Below, in pieces: positions 53,341 through 64,000 of a stretch of 64,000 nt of DNA (the first letter of the stretch is position 1; every line of letters starts with the position of its first letter). A program made the translations under genes and the position numbers. The notes under the pieces are model-generated. The model ran no database searches and was not told where the DNA came from. It was given only the letters and a program-made list of their open reading frames with translations. Source of the stretch: Vicugna vicugna (lineage: Eukaryota); contig MU058824.1 in the NCBI GenBank assembly GCA_013265495.1, positions 5,612,976 through 5,676,975 of the forward strand. Reading direction: 5' to 3'.

Positions 53341-54276
53341 GTTTTGATTTGCATTTCTCATTGTAGTTTTGATTTGCATTTCTCTAATAACTAGTGATGT
53401 TGAGCATCTTTTTATGTGCCTTTGTGCATCTGGATGTCTTCTTTGAAGAAATGTCTATTTAGGTCTTCTGCCCATTTTTCGACTGGGTTGTTTGTTTTTT
53501 GATATTGAGCTGTATGAGCTGTTTGTATATTTTGGAAATTAAGCCATCATCAGAAAGTCTACAAATAATAAATGCTGGAAAGGGTATGGGAGAAAGGGAA
53601 CCCTCCTACCCTGCTGGTAGAAATATAAATTGGTACAGCCACTGTGGAGAACAGTATGGAGGTTCCTTAAAAAAACTAAACACAGAGTTACCATATGATC
53701 CAGCAATCCCACTCCTGAGAAAACATGAAAACTCTTAATTTGAAAAGACACATACACCTCAATGTTCATAGCAGCACTGTTTACAATAACCAAGACATGG
53801 AAGCAAACTAAGTGTCTATTGACAGATGACTGGATAAAGAAGTTGTGGTGTATATATACAATGCAATATTGCTCAGCCGTAAGAGAATGAAATAGTGGCA
53901 ACATGGATGGACCTACAGATTATCATACTAAGTAAAGTCAGACAGATGAAGACAAATGCCATATGATATCACTTATATGTGGAATCTAAAAAAAAATGAC
54001 ACAAATGAACTTATTTACAAAATGGAAATAGACTCACAGACATAGAAAACAAACTTACGGTTACCAAAGGGGAAAGGGTAGGGAGGGATAAATTAGGAGT
54101 TTGGGAAACAAGGTCTACTGTATAGCACAGTGAACTATATTCAATATTTTATAATTACTTATAATGAAAAAGGATCTGAAAAAGAATATACATATGTGTA
54201 ACTGAATCACTTTACTATACATTAGAAACTAAGACAACAGAGTAAATCAACTATGCTTTCATTAAAAAAAAAAAAA
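53341..54276 (+). mobile_element. Cetartiodactyl-type L1 insertion with 5' inversion
   Basis: 53341-53545 is inverted ORF2 3' sequence. 53543-54276 is sense, ending 'gtaaatcaactatgctttcatt' plus A-tail. TSD core gaagtgca at 53333-53340 and 54282-54289. Confidence 0.9.
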
Positions 54277-55290
54277 GCATAGAAGTGCACTTAGGAAAGC
54301 CTCTGAATGCTGTTGGTAAAGGAGGACAGGGTAAGCCTGGTCATGCGTAGGGGGAGCCCCTGGGCAGCACGTTCCCTGCAAATGAAGCCCTCTTCTTATT
54401 TACCCAGCCCACCCTGAGTACAGTGGCTGCGCCTGACACGCAGGCCACGTGCAAGATGCCTGCAAGGTGTAAAGCAGCAAGTGCAGCCCTGCCCTGTTCC
54501 CATGGCTCATGTTCCCAGGTCACCATGACTTTCTCCTTCTCTGGTCAGCACTTCATCCTGTCCTCTGTGTTGATTTCAGCCTCAGGCAGGCACTCTCCAC
54601 CGGAGAGCCCCCACAAACTCCAGGCTGTTGTCATGTTCTCCAGCTAGAAACCTCAGCAGGACTAGAGACGGTGTTTCCCAAAGTCCCAGCAAAAGTCCCA
54701 AACTCTGATTAGACCCACAGACTGTGGGCTGACAAAAATCAAAACCGCACACCACTTATATTCGGTCTGGGCTTAAGTTTCTCTATCCATTAGGTTAGGT
54801 TAATGCTCTTTAGGATAGTATAGGCAGAGGAAACAGCAGGACAAAAGGAGGAAAAAAGGGAATCATCATATGGATAAATCAGTCAAGAGAGCAGCGATCT
54901 TGTAACATCTGAGATGTCTCAGACTTGTTTAAAACTTTCTTATTAATTTGACCCACAAGCCAAGATTCACTTATTTGGAGCATCTAATATATGCTGGGCA
55001 CAGTTCTAAATGTTGTGGAGGAGGAAGGCTGCAAGCTCTCATGGAGTTTATGTTCTAATGGGGAGATAGGTAAACAAATGAGAGAAAGAGAGGGAGAGAG
55101 AGAGAGAGGATGTGTGAGGAGGGAAAGGAAGACAAAACAAAGTAGAGGCACCAGCCTTGACCTTCAGGAATTTATACTTTTAGGGAGAAAGTAAACATGC
55201 ATAGTGAAACAGCCGGAGACAATAGCCCAGCACTATATAAAAGTATATGAAAGTGCACTCACTATGATCTAACTAGAGGCTGAAATTTTT

Positions 55291-55318
55291 TTTAACATTT
55301 TTTATTGATTTATAATCA
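55291..55318 (-). mobile_element. Ultra-short young (camelid-like) L1 3'-end insertion
   Basis: Reverse complement 'tgattataaatcaataaaaaatgttaaa'. Exact TSD tgaaattttt at 55281-55290 and 55319-55328. Confidence 0.75.
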
Positions 55319-55461
55319 TGAAATTTTTTATAATAGGAGAGAGCAGATGGGTTGAGGTTATTTGAGAAAGGTTTGGGGGGTATCATTCTTCAGCCTTGCA
55401 GCTTTGTTTGGCGAAGCTGAAAAACATTCAAGTATTGTAAGAGGAAAGGAACAAATGCTGG

Positions 55462-55638
55462 CCAGTGTTTCCCAAACTTCTTGAAAATAAGACTGACCTC
55501 AAGTGTTTTTAAAATAAGATTTCTGGGCCCTATCCAGACCTTCTGATTCATATCTTCCCCCCGGCAGGCTGGGCAATCTGTATTTTAACCAACACCCTGG
55601 TTGCTTCTTATCATCAGGAAAATGTGGGAACCCTTACC
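55462..55638. mobile_element. hAT-Charlie MITE (MER5-related)
   Basis: 'cagtgtttcccaaactt…gatttctgggccctatccagacct…aatctgtattttaac…tgggaac'. Confidence 0.7.
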
Positions 55639-56444
55639 TAAGGGGCTGGCAGGCTTTCAATGCAAGGTGAACTCAGCGTGGGGGATGCCCTAAGGGCCTC
55701 ATTCATTCTCAGAATTACTCCTTTTGTCTTTTTCTGGCAAGGACCACAGAACTATTGCAAAAGACCATCTTTTCCTTTCCTTTATAGAATGTGAGGATGC
55801 AAGAGAATAAGAGATGACTATTGGATTTAGTAGAAGGCACAGAGTATAAATCCCAAATGCTAGCAGATCACGTGAGCAGGCAGGTTTTCTCTAGCAGAGA
55901 GGGGGCTGTAAAGATTGTAGACCAGACTATTCAGCGTGTGTGCTTCTAATTCAATTAAGTCCCCCTGTTTTCCATCTTGCCCGCTTCCCAAGTGCTCCAC
56001 TGGCATATGCTGCTGCACTAACAATGCCTTGTGGACGCACAGCCCTCCTTGCAGCGGGAGAGGACAGCTGCTTAACAGTCACTGAATACAGCAGGGCGGA
56101 AGGTGAAGAACAAACCCAGGGTACAGCTCGGAAGGCCCTAGGTAGACCGCAGGGAAGATTCCTGACAAGAGAGAAACCAGAACGGAAATTCTACTAAGGC
56201 TATTACTGTACTCCACATCCATAATCTGTCAGGAAGTGTCTTGGGTGTTTGCAGCTATATAAACAGAGAAGACCTAAGGGCCTCCTAACTAAGCTTGTGG
56301 GAAGTAATAGCATCACCACTTGCTGCTGCGGGTGGGGTCTGACTTTGAAACCTTTTTCCTGATCTCTAGGTCGTTCATGAGATTCAAGGCAGCCGAGATC
56401 ACACTGCTAATGAAGAAGCCATTACCAACAGGGTAAACGTTAGC

Positions 56445-56815
56445 GTTGTTCACAGAAATATTTCTGGTTCTGACTGGACACACAGTAGGATCGCAATTCT
56501 TTACTCCCTAGAAGTTGAGTGGGGCCACATGATTTACTTTGGCTAGTGAACTACAACGTTCTACTCCAGACAGATGCTTTATGAGCTGGTATGTGACTGG
56601 CTACTGTCTCCTTCCCTCTATCACAGTGAAGGGCAAGTGGTGGCAGATGGTGGCTGAGCTTTCAGCCTCATCCTAGAGCCAGGCTGCTACAGGACAGTGC
56701 CTTCTGCTGACCATGATGGCCCCGTATGTGAGTGAGACATTATCTTTGTGGTTTTGAGCCTGTGAGATTTGTGGGTTATCTGTTCCTGCAGCACAGCCTA
56801 ATCTGCAGTGAACAG
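56445..56815 (+). mobile_element. MaLR LTR (MLT1I/J-like)
   Basis: 'gaagttgagtggggccacatgatttactttggc…gatggtggctg…gttttgagcctgtgagatttg…gcagcacagccta'. Confidence 0.75.
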
Positions 56816-58164
56816 TGCTCTTCCCTCATTCAAATGTAGCAATCATATGACCAGGAATTATCAGGTTGCCTTGTCAGATGGATAGGAAGAAATCTATAAT
56901 TAACAAATTTGTAGGATTGAAAATCCCACATTATGTCTGACTAAAAGCAAGGTCAACCTTTCTTTGCTCTCTGCCAATAAAATACGGCTTTTCATTAGTT
57001 AAACAAATAGGTTTCTAACTCTGCTAATGTGATACTTTCATTAGTCTATCCAACATAATTTTTGGTTCTACTTGCCAGTTTCTTGAGTTGGTTTACATTG
57101 TTTTTTGTCTAGATTATTACACTAGCATCCTAGTTGGCTTCTCTGCCTCAGTGACTTTTGTCTTTTCACCCAGTTTCCAGGCTGTTTTATTATTAATATC
57201 AACCTCAAACCTCAGTTTACTTTCCTTCAATCTCCACCATACTCCCCATTGCTAATATAAAAATACTTGTGATACACAAAGAAGGAGATTGATTTTTAAA
57301 TTATTCTTATAAATGATCTAATTTTCTTTAATAGTGAGTACACACTAAGAAAACACAGGAAGAAGCTGAATCATCTGTTAGCAAAATGTTTGAATAAAGA
57401 CCTTTAACGTTCTTCCAAGTTCCCAAGACTTGTTTCCAAGCCAGGTGAGCCTCAACCCAGGTTCAGGCTCCAAGGGTTCTTGTACTCTGTGCCTCCATAA
57501 AATCTGGGGTGATTAGAAATTCCAGCAATTTTAATGCCTCATGTGTTCTTACAATAAACCACCATATCATGAGCTTTATAAAGCCTCCTCCTGTAGCTGA
57601 AGAAACCTCACAAACACACTCACTTAGTCTCTTATTACTGTTTAGGGTTCTGATAGCTGGGGTGTTTTTGGAACTAGGAAACTTGTTTTGGTCTACACTG
57701 GGTGCTAACTGATTAATTCAACTCTATTCAACAAATGGATTTTGTATCATGTCTGAGTGTGTGTATATGTCACCAAGTGATCTGTACTTTTTAAATTCCC
57801 TGATTTTATTCAAAATAAAATTCATTAGTTTTTCACTAATCAAGTAATAGATCATATATATTTCTTATAAAAATTTGGAAATTAAATAGCAGTAGGAAGA
57901 AAAGGAAAACATAAATCATGTTTTTGGTCTTTGATCTTTCAATTTTCTTCAGAAAGAGAAAGAAAGGCTTTAACATTATTTTAGATTTGGGGTATTTCCT
58001 TTCAGTCTTTTTCTTTCTATGCATAATTCCACTCCATCTTACTCCTCACCTTCCAGACTGGACAAACTGCACTGTAAGAGTCATGTCCTGAAAAGCTAGT
58101 GATCTTAAAGGGGCTTAACTGAATGAACTGTATGGTCTACACTTCCATCCCCTAATCCCCTTTT

Positions 58165-59460
58165 ACCAGTCTGGGTTCAGTCAGGGAAGCAAAGCTCTCA
58201 TGAGTGTTACGGGCATAGGGGTTTTATTATGGAAATTAGACCCTAGGCAAATGTGGCCCCCTGCTGGGGAAATGAAGATCTGGAAGTGGATGTTGAAAGA
58301 TCAGAGAAAGAATTATTAATACATCCTCCTGATGCCCACTGGCAATCTTCTGAAGTCAGCGCTTAAAGAGAAATGTGAGAAGCCCAGCATATCCTACCAC
58401 CAAACTGGGACAACTAAGTGGGAGCTCAAGGAGATACCCTTGGGAAGCTGTTGTCTCTAGCAGACACACAGCTGGTGATGGGAGGTGGGCCTGGAGCAGG
58501 GGCTGTAGGCTTGGTGAGTGGAAGTTCATGTTGCTGAGCCCATGTATAACCTTCATCCCTGCTGACATGGCCACTATTTTTATTAGCCCAATGGACAAGG
58601 ATGGTGTCTCTTCAGAAAGAGGTCAACCAACATCCACAGAATAGATTGTCTTGCTCACTTGATCATTAAATCTCTCTTTTGTGAGACACAAAGAAAGATC
58701 TTTTCAGAGTTTGCCTATTCTGAGAGATCTATCCACTTATTTCTCCCCATACCTCCTTCAACTAATTTTTAAGAGGTATTCCTTCAAATCCCTAATCACC
58801 CAACAAAATCATGAGTCAGTGCCCTTGAATCCATATAGTTCCATACCTCTCTCTCCTTCTAGGCAAAAATGAATAACCAGGTACACTGCTTAAAAGTTCT
58901 GCCTGTTGGCAGGATGTCCCCTCACCACCATCCTCAGGCAGCTCCTAAGAGAGGCTGTGTAGCAACCATCTACTTTTAGATGCTGCCAGCCTTTCATGCA
59001 GAACCATTTATAAAGCAAACCTGAATTTTTTCTTTCTTGGTCAGCTGGTCATAGGGAACTTCCTGGTGGTGGTGGTAGTGGGGTTTGAGATAAAGAAGGA
59101 AATGCAGCAAGAGTAGGAACCATGAACATCTGAGCCACATGCTCATGGGGAGTCTCAAGTGTAGCGTTCCCACTTGATGGAGTGCTTCTGTGCCTGCCCA
59201 ACTTTATGGCTTGGTATATCAGACAGCTCAATGCTCATGGATTCCCTGGTCTGAAGCACTGCTTTGTAGAATGCCATCATGGTAACAAGGTATTCTGTAA
59301 GTCTATAGCCTATTATCAAGCATTCAATCTTTATTATGACCAAGCATCAAGCCAGCAGCTGTTTCCTAAAAGAACTGTTAACTGCACAGGATAGCCTAGC
59401 TTTGCTCTTAAACCTTAAAAGTCTGCACTGTGGTTTTCCGAGAGGGAGCAAAAGCTCCAT
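58165..59460 (-). mobile_element. ERVL remnant: decayed pol (RT-connection / RNase H / integrase start) next to an LTR-like end at ~58165-58490
   Basis: The minus strand at ~58510-58597 translates VHWANKNSGHVSRDEGYTWAQQHELPLTK (cf. ERVL integrase WAHEQSGHGGRDGGYAWAQQHGLPLTK). ORF 59155..59343 contains LSDIPSHKVGQAQKHSIKW (cf. LSDPSSHKVGRAQQHSIIKW). Confidence 0.85.
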
Positions 59461-61019
59461 ATACACTCCCCATCTGCCAGTGAAGCTCTGTTTTTCTCAA
59501 ACTACATGAAAGAATGCACCTTTCCAGGCCTCCACCTTTATACAGTACTGTTCAGTAGAACTTGACTGCTCTCATTTTGATACCTACTTCCAGTGGGGGG
59601 CTGTTTCCCCTTCCTGTGCCATCACATAATGAGGAAACCACTTTGGAAACCTGTGTCATAGAGGGAAACTGAAAGATCACAGTTTTCTAGGATAGACATG
59701 GGAAGAGGAAACAGGGAAAGAGTTCTTCTTAAACTAGAGCCCTCTAGAATCCCAAAGGTCTCTGTAAAGAGCAGCTTTGACTCCTGTGATTTGGTTCTCA
59801 AAGTAGGAGTGGGGAGTGGGGTGGGGTGGGGATGGTGTCTAGAAATCCTTCCTGTAGACTGGCAGGCAAGACCCAAAAGAAAACATGATTCAGAAGCCAA
59901 GGTTAGAAGGGACTTCTAAAGACCATCAAACACTCAATAAATTGGAAAGAACACTAGCCCAGGGAGAAGAAAGCCGTATTTGTTCCAACTCTGTCATTAA
60001 TCAGAGAGAGAACTGGTGGATCTGGCCAGACTTACCCTTTTGTCTGGAAATACAAGTGAGGGAGGCTGACTCCTAGATCATCCTTCTGGGGGAGACACAG
60101 TAATAGGGAAGCTGGACTCAGAGCTCCAGATTCCAGGTGTCACCTTCTCATCACCTATCTTAGTAAGGCATGGCAATAATGTACAGTTCTTTGCTCTGAT
60201 TGAAATTTCAGCCTCGAACGAGCCCAGTCAAAAGGATTGGGGGACATCTCGGGGGGAGATAGGATAAAGAGTGCTTTTTACTAATGAAGTGATTTAATCT
60301 CTGTCAAAACCCTGGTTTAGATCAGATGTCAACTCTTCTGGGAAGCGTCCCTGTGTGCCCCAGGCGGAATGTATTGTTCCGTTCTGTGTCCCCTCATAGT
60401 CTGCTGCTTGTATTTCTGCTAAGCCCTTCTTTCAATATGCTTTGGATTGCAGTTAATACCTGGGATGTCAGCATTTTCCTTTCATTGGGCCACTTGTTCT
60501 CCTCTGTGATATCCAAACCCAGGATGTAGCAATCAGCAATGAAGTGTGTTGTACATAATTTACAACTAACGGTAGGTAAAATAACAACATACAAATGATT
60601 CAAGGTGACATCTATGGTATGTTTCAAATCTTTTAGTGCTTCTTTGACTCACTATATTCAAACACAATGTCTTAGGTATGGAAGATGTGGGTAGATAAAG
60701 AGAAAATGCACCAGAAATTGCTCATAACTCCAGGTTGGCTCTTCAGAGCGTCTTACACATATTAATGCCATCCATTAACTAAGTCAAGATAAAAAATAGA
60801 GAACTGCTGTGTTAGAATGAGAGCTCCTTGAGAGAAAGTTCCCTGATTCACCAGTCTCTGTATTAATTATGTTGCCCAGCACAGTGATATGTACTTAATA
60901 ATAATATGTGAAATAGAATGAAGAAACTGAAGAAAATTGAAAGACCAAAATAAATAAAATATGAGTGAGGTGTGGGACGGGGGAAAAAGAGAGTCATAGT
61001 TTTCTGATGGGATTTGAGT

Positions 61020-61495
61020 TATTTATGTAACGTGTATAACAGTCACAAGACCTTATAATAATAAACATAGACACATATTTCTCAGGTGTCTAGGGTCAGC
61101 TGGGTTTTGGCTAGGTAGCTCTGCTGATCTTGGCTGGGCTTGTTCATGTGTCTAGGGGTCAGCTGGCTGTCAGCTATTCTGTCTGGCATTGATTGGGACA
61201 AGTAGGGCTCCGTGTTCTCTCCTTCCAGGAGGCTAGTAAGGGCATGTTTCCATGGTGATAGCAAGGATGCAAGAAAGGTTGAGTGGCAAAATGCAAGGAC
61301 TTTGAAACCAGAGGCTCAAAATTGGCCTGCCATCACTTCTGCACAATTATTGGCCAAGGAAATCATAAGACTGGCTCACATTCAAGGGATGAGGGAAGGG
61401 TCTATGCCTTTTTAATGAAAAACCACAAATTCAAGTGAGAAAGGGTGGATATGGGGGCTTTGAAGAACTAGGGCCATCATTGCAACTGACCACAG
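61020..61495 (-). mobile_element. MaLR LTR (MLT1G/H-like)
   Basis: 'ctctgctgatcttggctgggcttgttcatgtgtct…ggtcagctgg…ttggccaagg…ctgaccaca'. Confidence 0.8.
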
Positions 61496-62689
61496 AATCT
61501 CAGAAGACTACCCATAAAGGAAGATTGAAGCCTAGGATTGAGGGCTTCTTTTGTTTAATTAATGCCATCAGTTCGAAAACTCTTCTGGTACAATTTCTAG
61601 TGTTGGAATATTCCTCAAGTGTGATGTCCACTGGGATACAAGTGCTCTGCACAGATTTTATCACACAGCAGCAGAAGGCAGCCATTCTCTTACATTAGAC
61701 TATATCTGCCAGGACTGTACAAGCAAACATTGTGAAGGGAAGGGGATATGGCTCCTGGAGCCTGTCCTTTTTCCAAGCACGGGCCACTGCACATGAATAC
61801 TCCTGCCGCTGGCAAAGGACCTCAACCAGAGCTCTGTCGCCATTTCTGGTTCATTGTTCCTTTTAAGGGCTCCCACGGGGGTGTGGGGAGGGAGTCAGAA
61901 AAATAAATCAGAACATGTAAGACAGTCCCTCCAGCAGCTCTTGGGTAGCAAATATGTATAACAGTGGAAATGCTCCTGATTGCTCTCCATTTATTTCTGC
62001 AGCTACCAGTTTCCCCTCTTGCTTGCTGTAAAGTTTAAAACAACATCAATTTTTAAGGACTTAAAGTGCTTTTCTATTTAAAATCAAACAAGACAAGCAT
62101 CATTTTCATTCTGGGACTGTGCTTTGCTTCTTGAAGTGTAGTGAATATATAGACACACACTGAAAAATAATAATAATAAAAAAGCTAACTGATGGAAATG
62201 AGTAATTGCTTGGCGGCAGGTCTGCAGGGAGAGCTCTGACACTGCACAGCACATATTTCATGAATAATGAGAGGAGTCTCAGAGCTGTGCAATCACTGCC
62301 TATTGGGTCAGAAATTTCACATTAGTGGATTCATCAGAGCAGATCAGTGTCATAAAGACACTCTTTCCTGAGGTAAACACACCTTTCCCTTCACTGAACT
62401 GTCATCTCTTGGTTGTATACTAGATACAGCTAAGACCTGAGAGAGAGGAGGGACATAAGTGGATTAGGAGTAGTTTATATCCCTATCATTCTACCTGCTT
62501 ATTTAGAAAGAATGTTTTTAGCAGAGATGAGCTAGTAAATTTGTGGTTAACAAAGGGGTTAATAAAGCATTAGAGAAACAGAGTCAAAATGCACACTGAG
62601 TTCTATGAATTTTACTTAGGGGACTGAAACTTAGAGAATTTAAAAGCTGTGAGAGGGACTTTAGAGCTTTTGTTCTAGAAATACCTTGA

Positions 62690-63080
62690 TGTGGTAGTCA
62701 CTACTACTTTTTGTCAAATGCTCCTGTTCTTCCTGGTCCATTGTAGGATTTTACTTCCTGCTCTCTTGCAGCTCGGGGTAGTCATATGACTTGAGTTGAA
62801 GTTGAGTTCAATGAACTGTGAACAGAAGTGATGCAGTTTCCTTTGGATGAAGCTTTAAGAGCCAGTGTGCAGTCTGCCATACTGCTTTTCTTCTACCAAT
62901 GTGGCTACAGTGCAGATGGTGGCTGCTCAATCAACCTGGGTCCCGGAGAGAGAATAGGACAGAGCAGTGCCCTCAGGTAACCCCTGAAGGACATGTAACA
63001 TGACTGGGAAATGTTTTGAGCCAGTAAGATTGTGGACTGTTTGTTACTACAGCACACCTTAGCCTATCCTGACTGATACA
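62690..63080 (+). mobile_element. MaLR LTR (MLT1I/J-like), near complete
   Basis: Starts tgtggtag, contains 'gaagctttaagagccagtgtg…gatggtggctgctc', ends 'ttgttactacagcac…tagcctatcctgactgataca'. Confidence 0.88.
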
Positions 63081-63579
63081 TTAGGTACTTTCTTTGCTGT
63101 TTTTGCTCAAAACATCCTAGAGATGGCATGGAGGTTGAAAACATTGTTTTACAGTCAGATACAATTAGATTTGAAAGACAGTTTGAAGTGACTATCAGTC
63201 CATATAAAATAGAAATAATAGTTTTGTTAGGATTAAATAAGATAATGCATTTAAGATATTTAGTGTAGCGCCTATATAGAGTAATCTTTCCAATCATCAT
63301 TAACAAACGCTGTTAGGTAAGGCAGAGGCAGTTGTGCTAAACCAAGAGGCAAACTTTCTCCTCAGAAATAAGTGATATTGTTTATAATGAAAAGCATGCA
63401 CATTCCTAATCCTTCAAACACTACATTTTCTTCTTTTAACCTTAATGGAACATAGAATATTGGGATAAAGAGCACCTTAGTTACAATTTCATCCAAACTC
63501 TTGAGAAACCAAGTCCAGAGAGGTAAGGGATTTATCCAGAGACATGTACCTACTTAGTGGGAACAGGCAGAATTAGGGC

Positions 63580-63713
63580 TAGGGCCACTGTATAATTTAC
63601 CATCCAAATAGGACACTTTTGAAAGCAAAGGGACAACACTGTTAGTAACTGTAACAGAAGAACAGGTGGAAACTTGGACTTTCCCAGGCAAACCAGAACA
63701 TATGGTCACCCTG
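63580..63713. mobile_element. hAT-Blackjack MITE, MER94-like
   Basis: 'gtataatttaccatccaaataggacactttt…tcccaggcaaaccagaacatatggtcaccctg'. Confidence 0.7.
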
Positions 63714-64000
63714 ATTAGGATTTACTTTCCCAGGCTCTAGGCCTGGTGTCACTTTCCTTCCCAGCAGATGTCTTAATCCTATTGGTATAAGAAACTCTTC
63801 ATCATTCTACATTTAAAGATGTAGGGAAGGAAAGAAGAAACAAAACAACAGTTTTCCATTGTAACATTCTTTATAAATCATCTTTCCTTCCCCCTCCCCC
63901 CCACTCTGCTTTCTTTAGCTTAGTTTCTTTGTCACTTACAAGTTTAACTGTTTACATCAGTAACTGACTTGCTTTAAGCAGTAATGGCTACTGATTATGC

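Noticed and set aside
1..64000. The supplied six-frame ORFs (60-150 aa) as genes
   Set aside because: They are short and often start at non-ATG codons. The recognisable ones derive from the RPS6 pseudogene, L1, ERVL or low-complexity DNA. The rest match no protein I know and are expected by chance.
1..64000. CRISPR array, operon, defence system or other prokaryote-type novel system
   Set aside because: The sequence is mammalian repeat-rich non-coding DNA with no regularly spaced repeats and no gene-dense region.

Overview
Mammalian non-coding DNA (intergenic, or inside a very large intron), AT-rich and dense in interspersed repeats. I recognise no intact protein-coding exon, RNA gene, CpG island or prokaryotic feature. 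The lineage is probably cetartiodactyl, most likely camelid. This is an inference from the L1 3' ends (…ttgtaaactgactataactcaattaaaa; …atgattataaatcaataaaaaatgttaaaa) and from not seeing Alu, B1, Bov-A/B, PRE1 or Can-SINEs. The only gene-derived feature is a decayed, full-length RPS6 processed pseudogene (~3849-4657) inserted into a MIR with a visible target-site duplication (TSD). The rest is L1 of several ages, L2, MIR, MaLR/ERVL/ERV1 LTRs, two ERVL internal remnants and hAT MITEs, plus a few repeat-free blocks that could be enhancers. I found no evidence of a new biological system. The best observations are mechanistic fossils: a ~118-bp local templated duplication that preserves the empty site of an L1 insertion, three 27-52-bp L1 micro-insertions with TSDs, two adjacent twin-priming L1 inversions, and a candidate L1 3' transduction. 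Repeat subfamily names come from memory of consensus sequences and need RepeatMasker/Dfam confirmation. Most boundaries are approximate.
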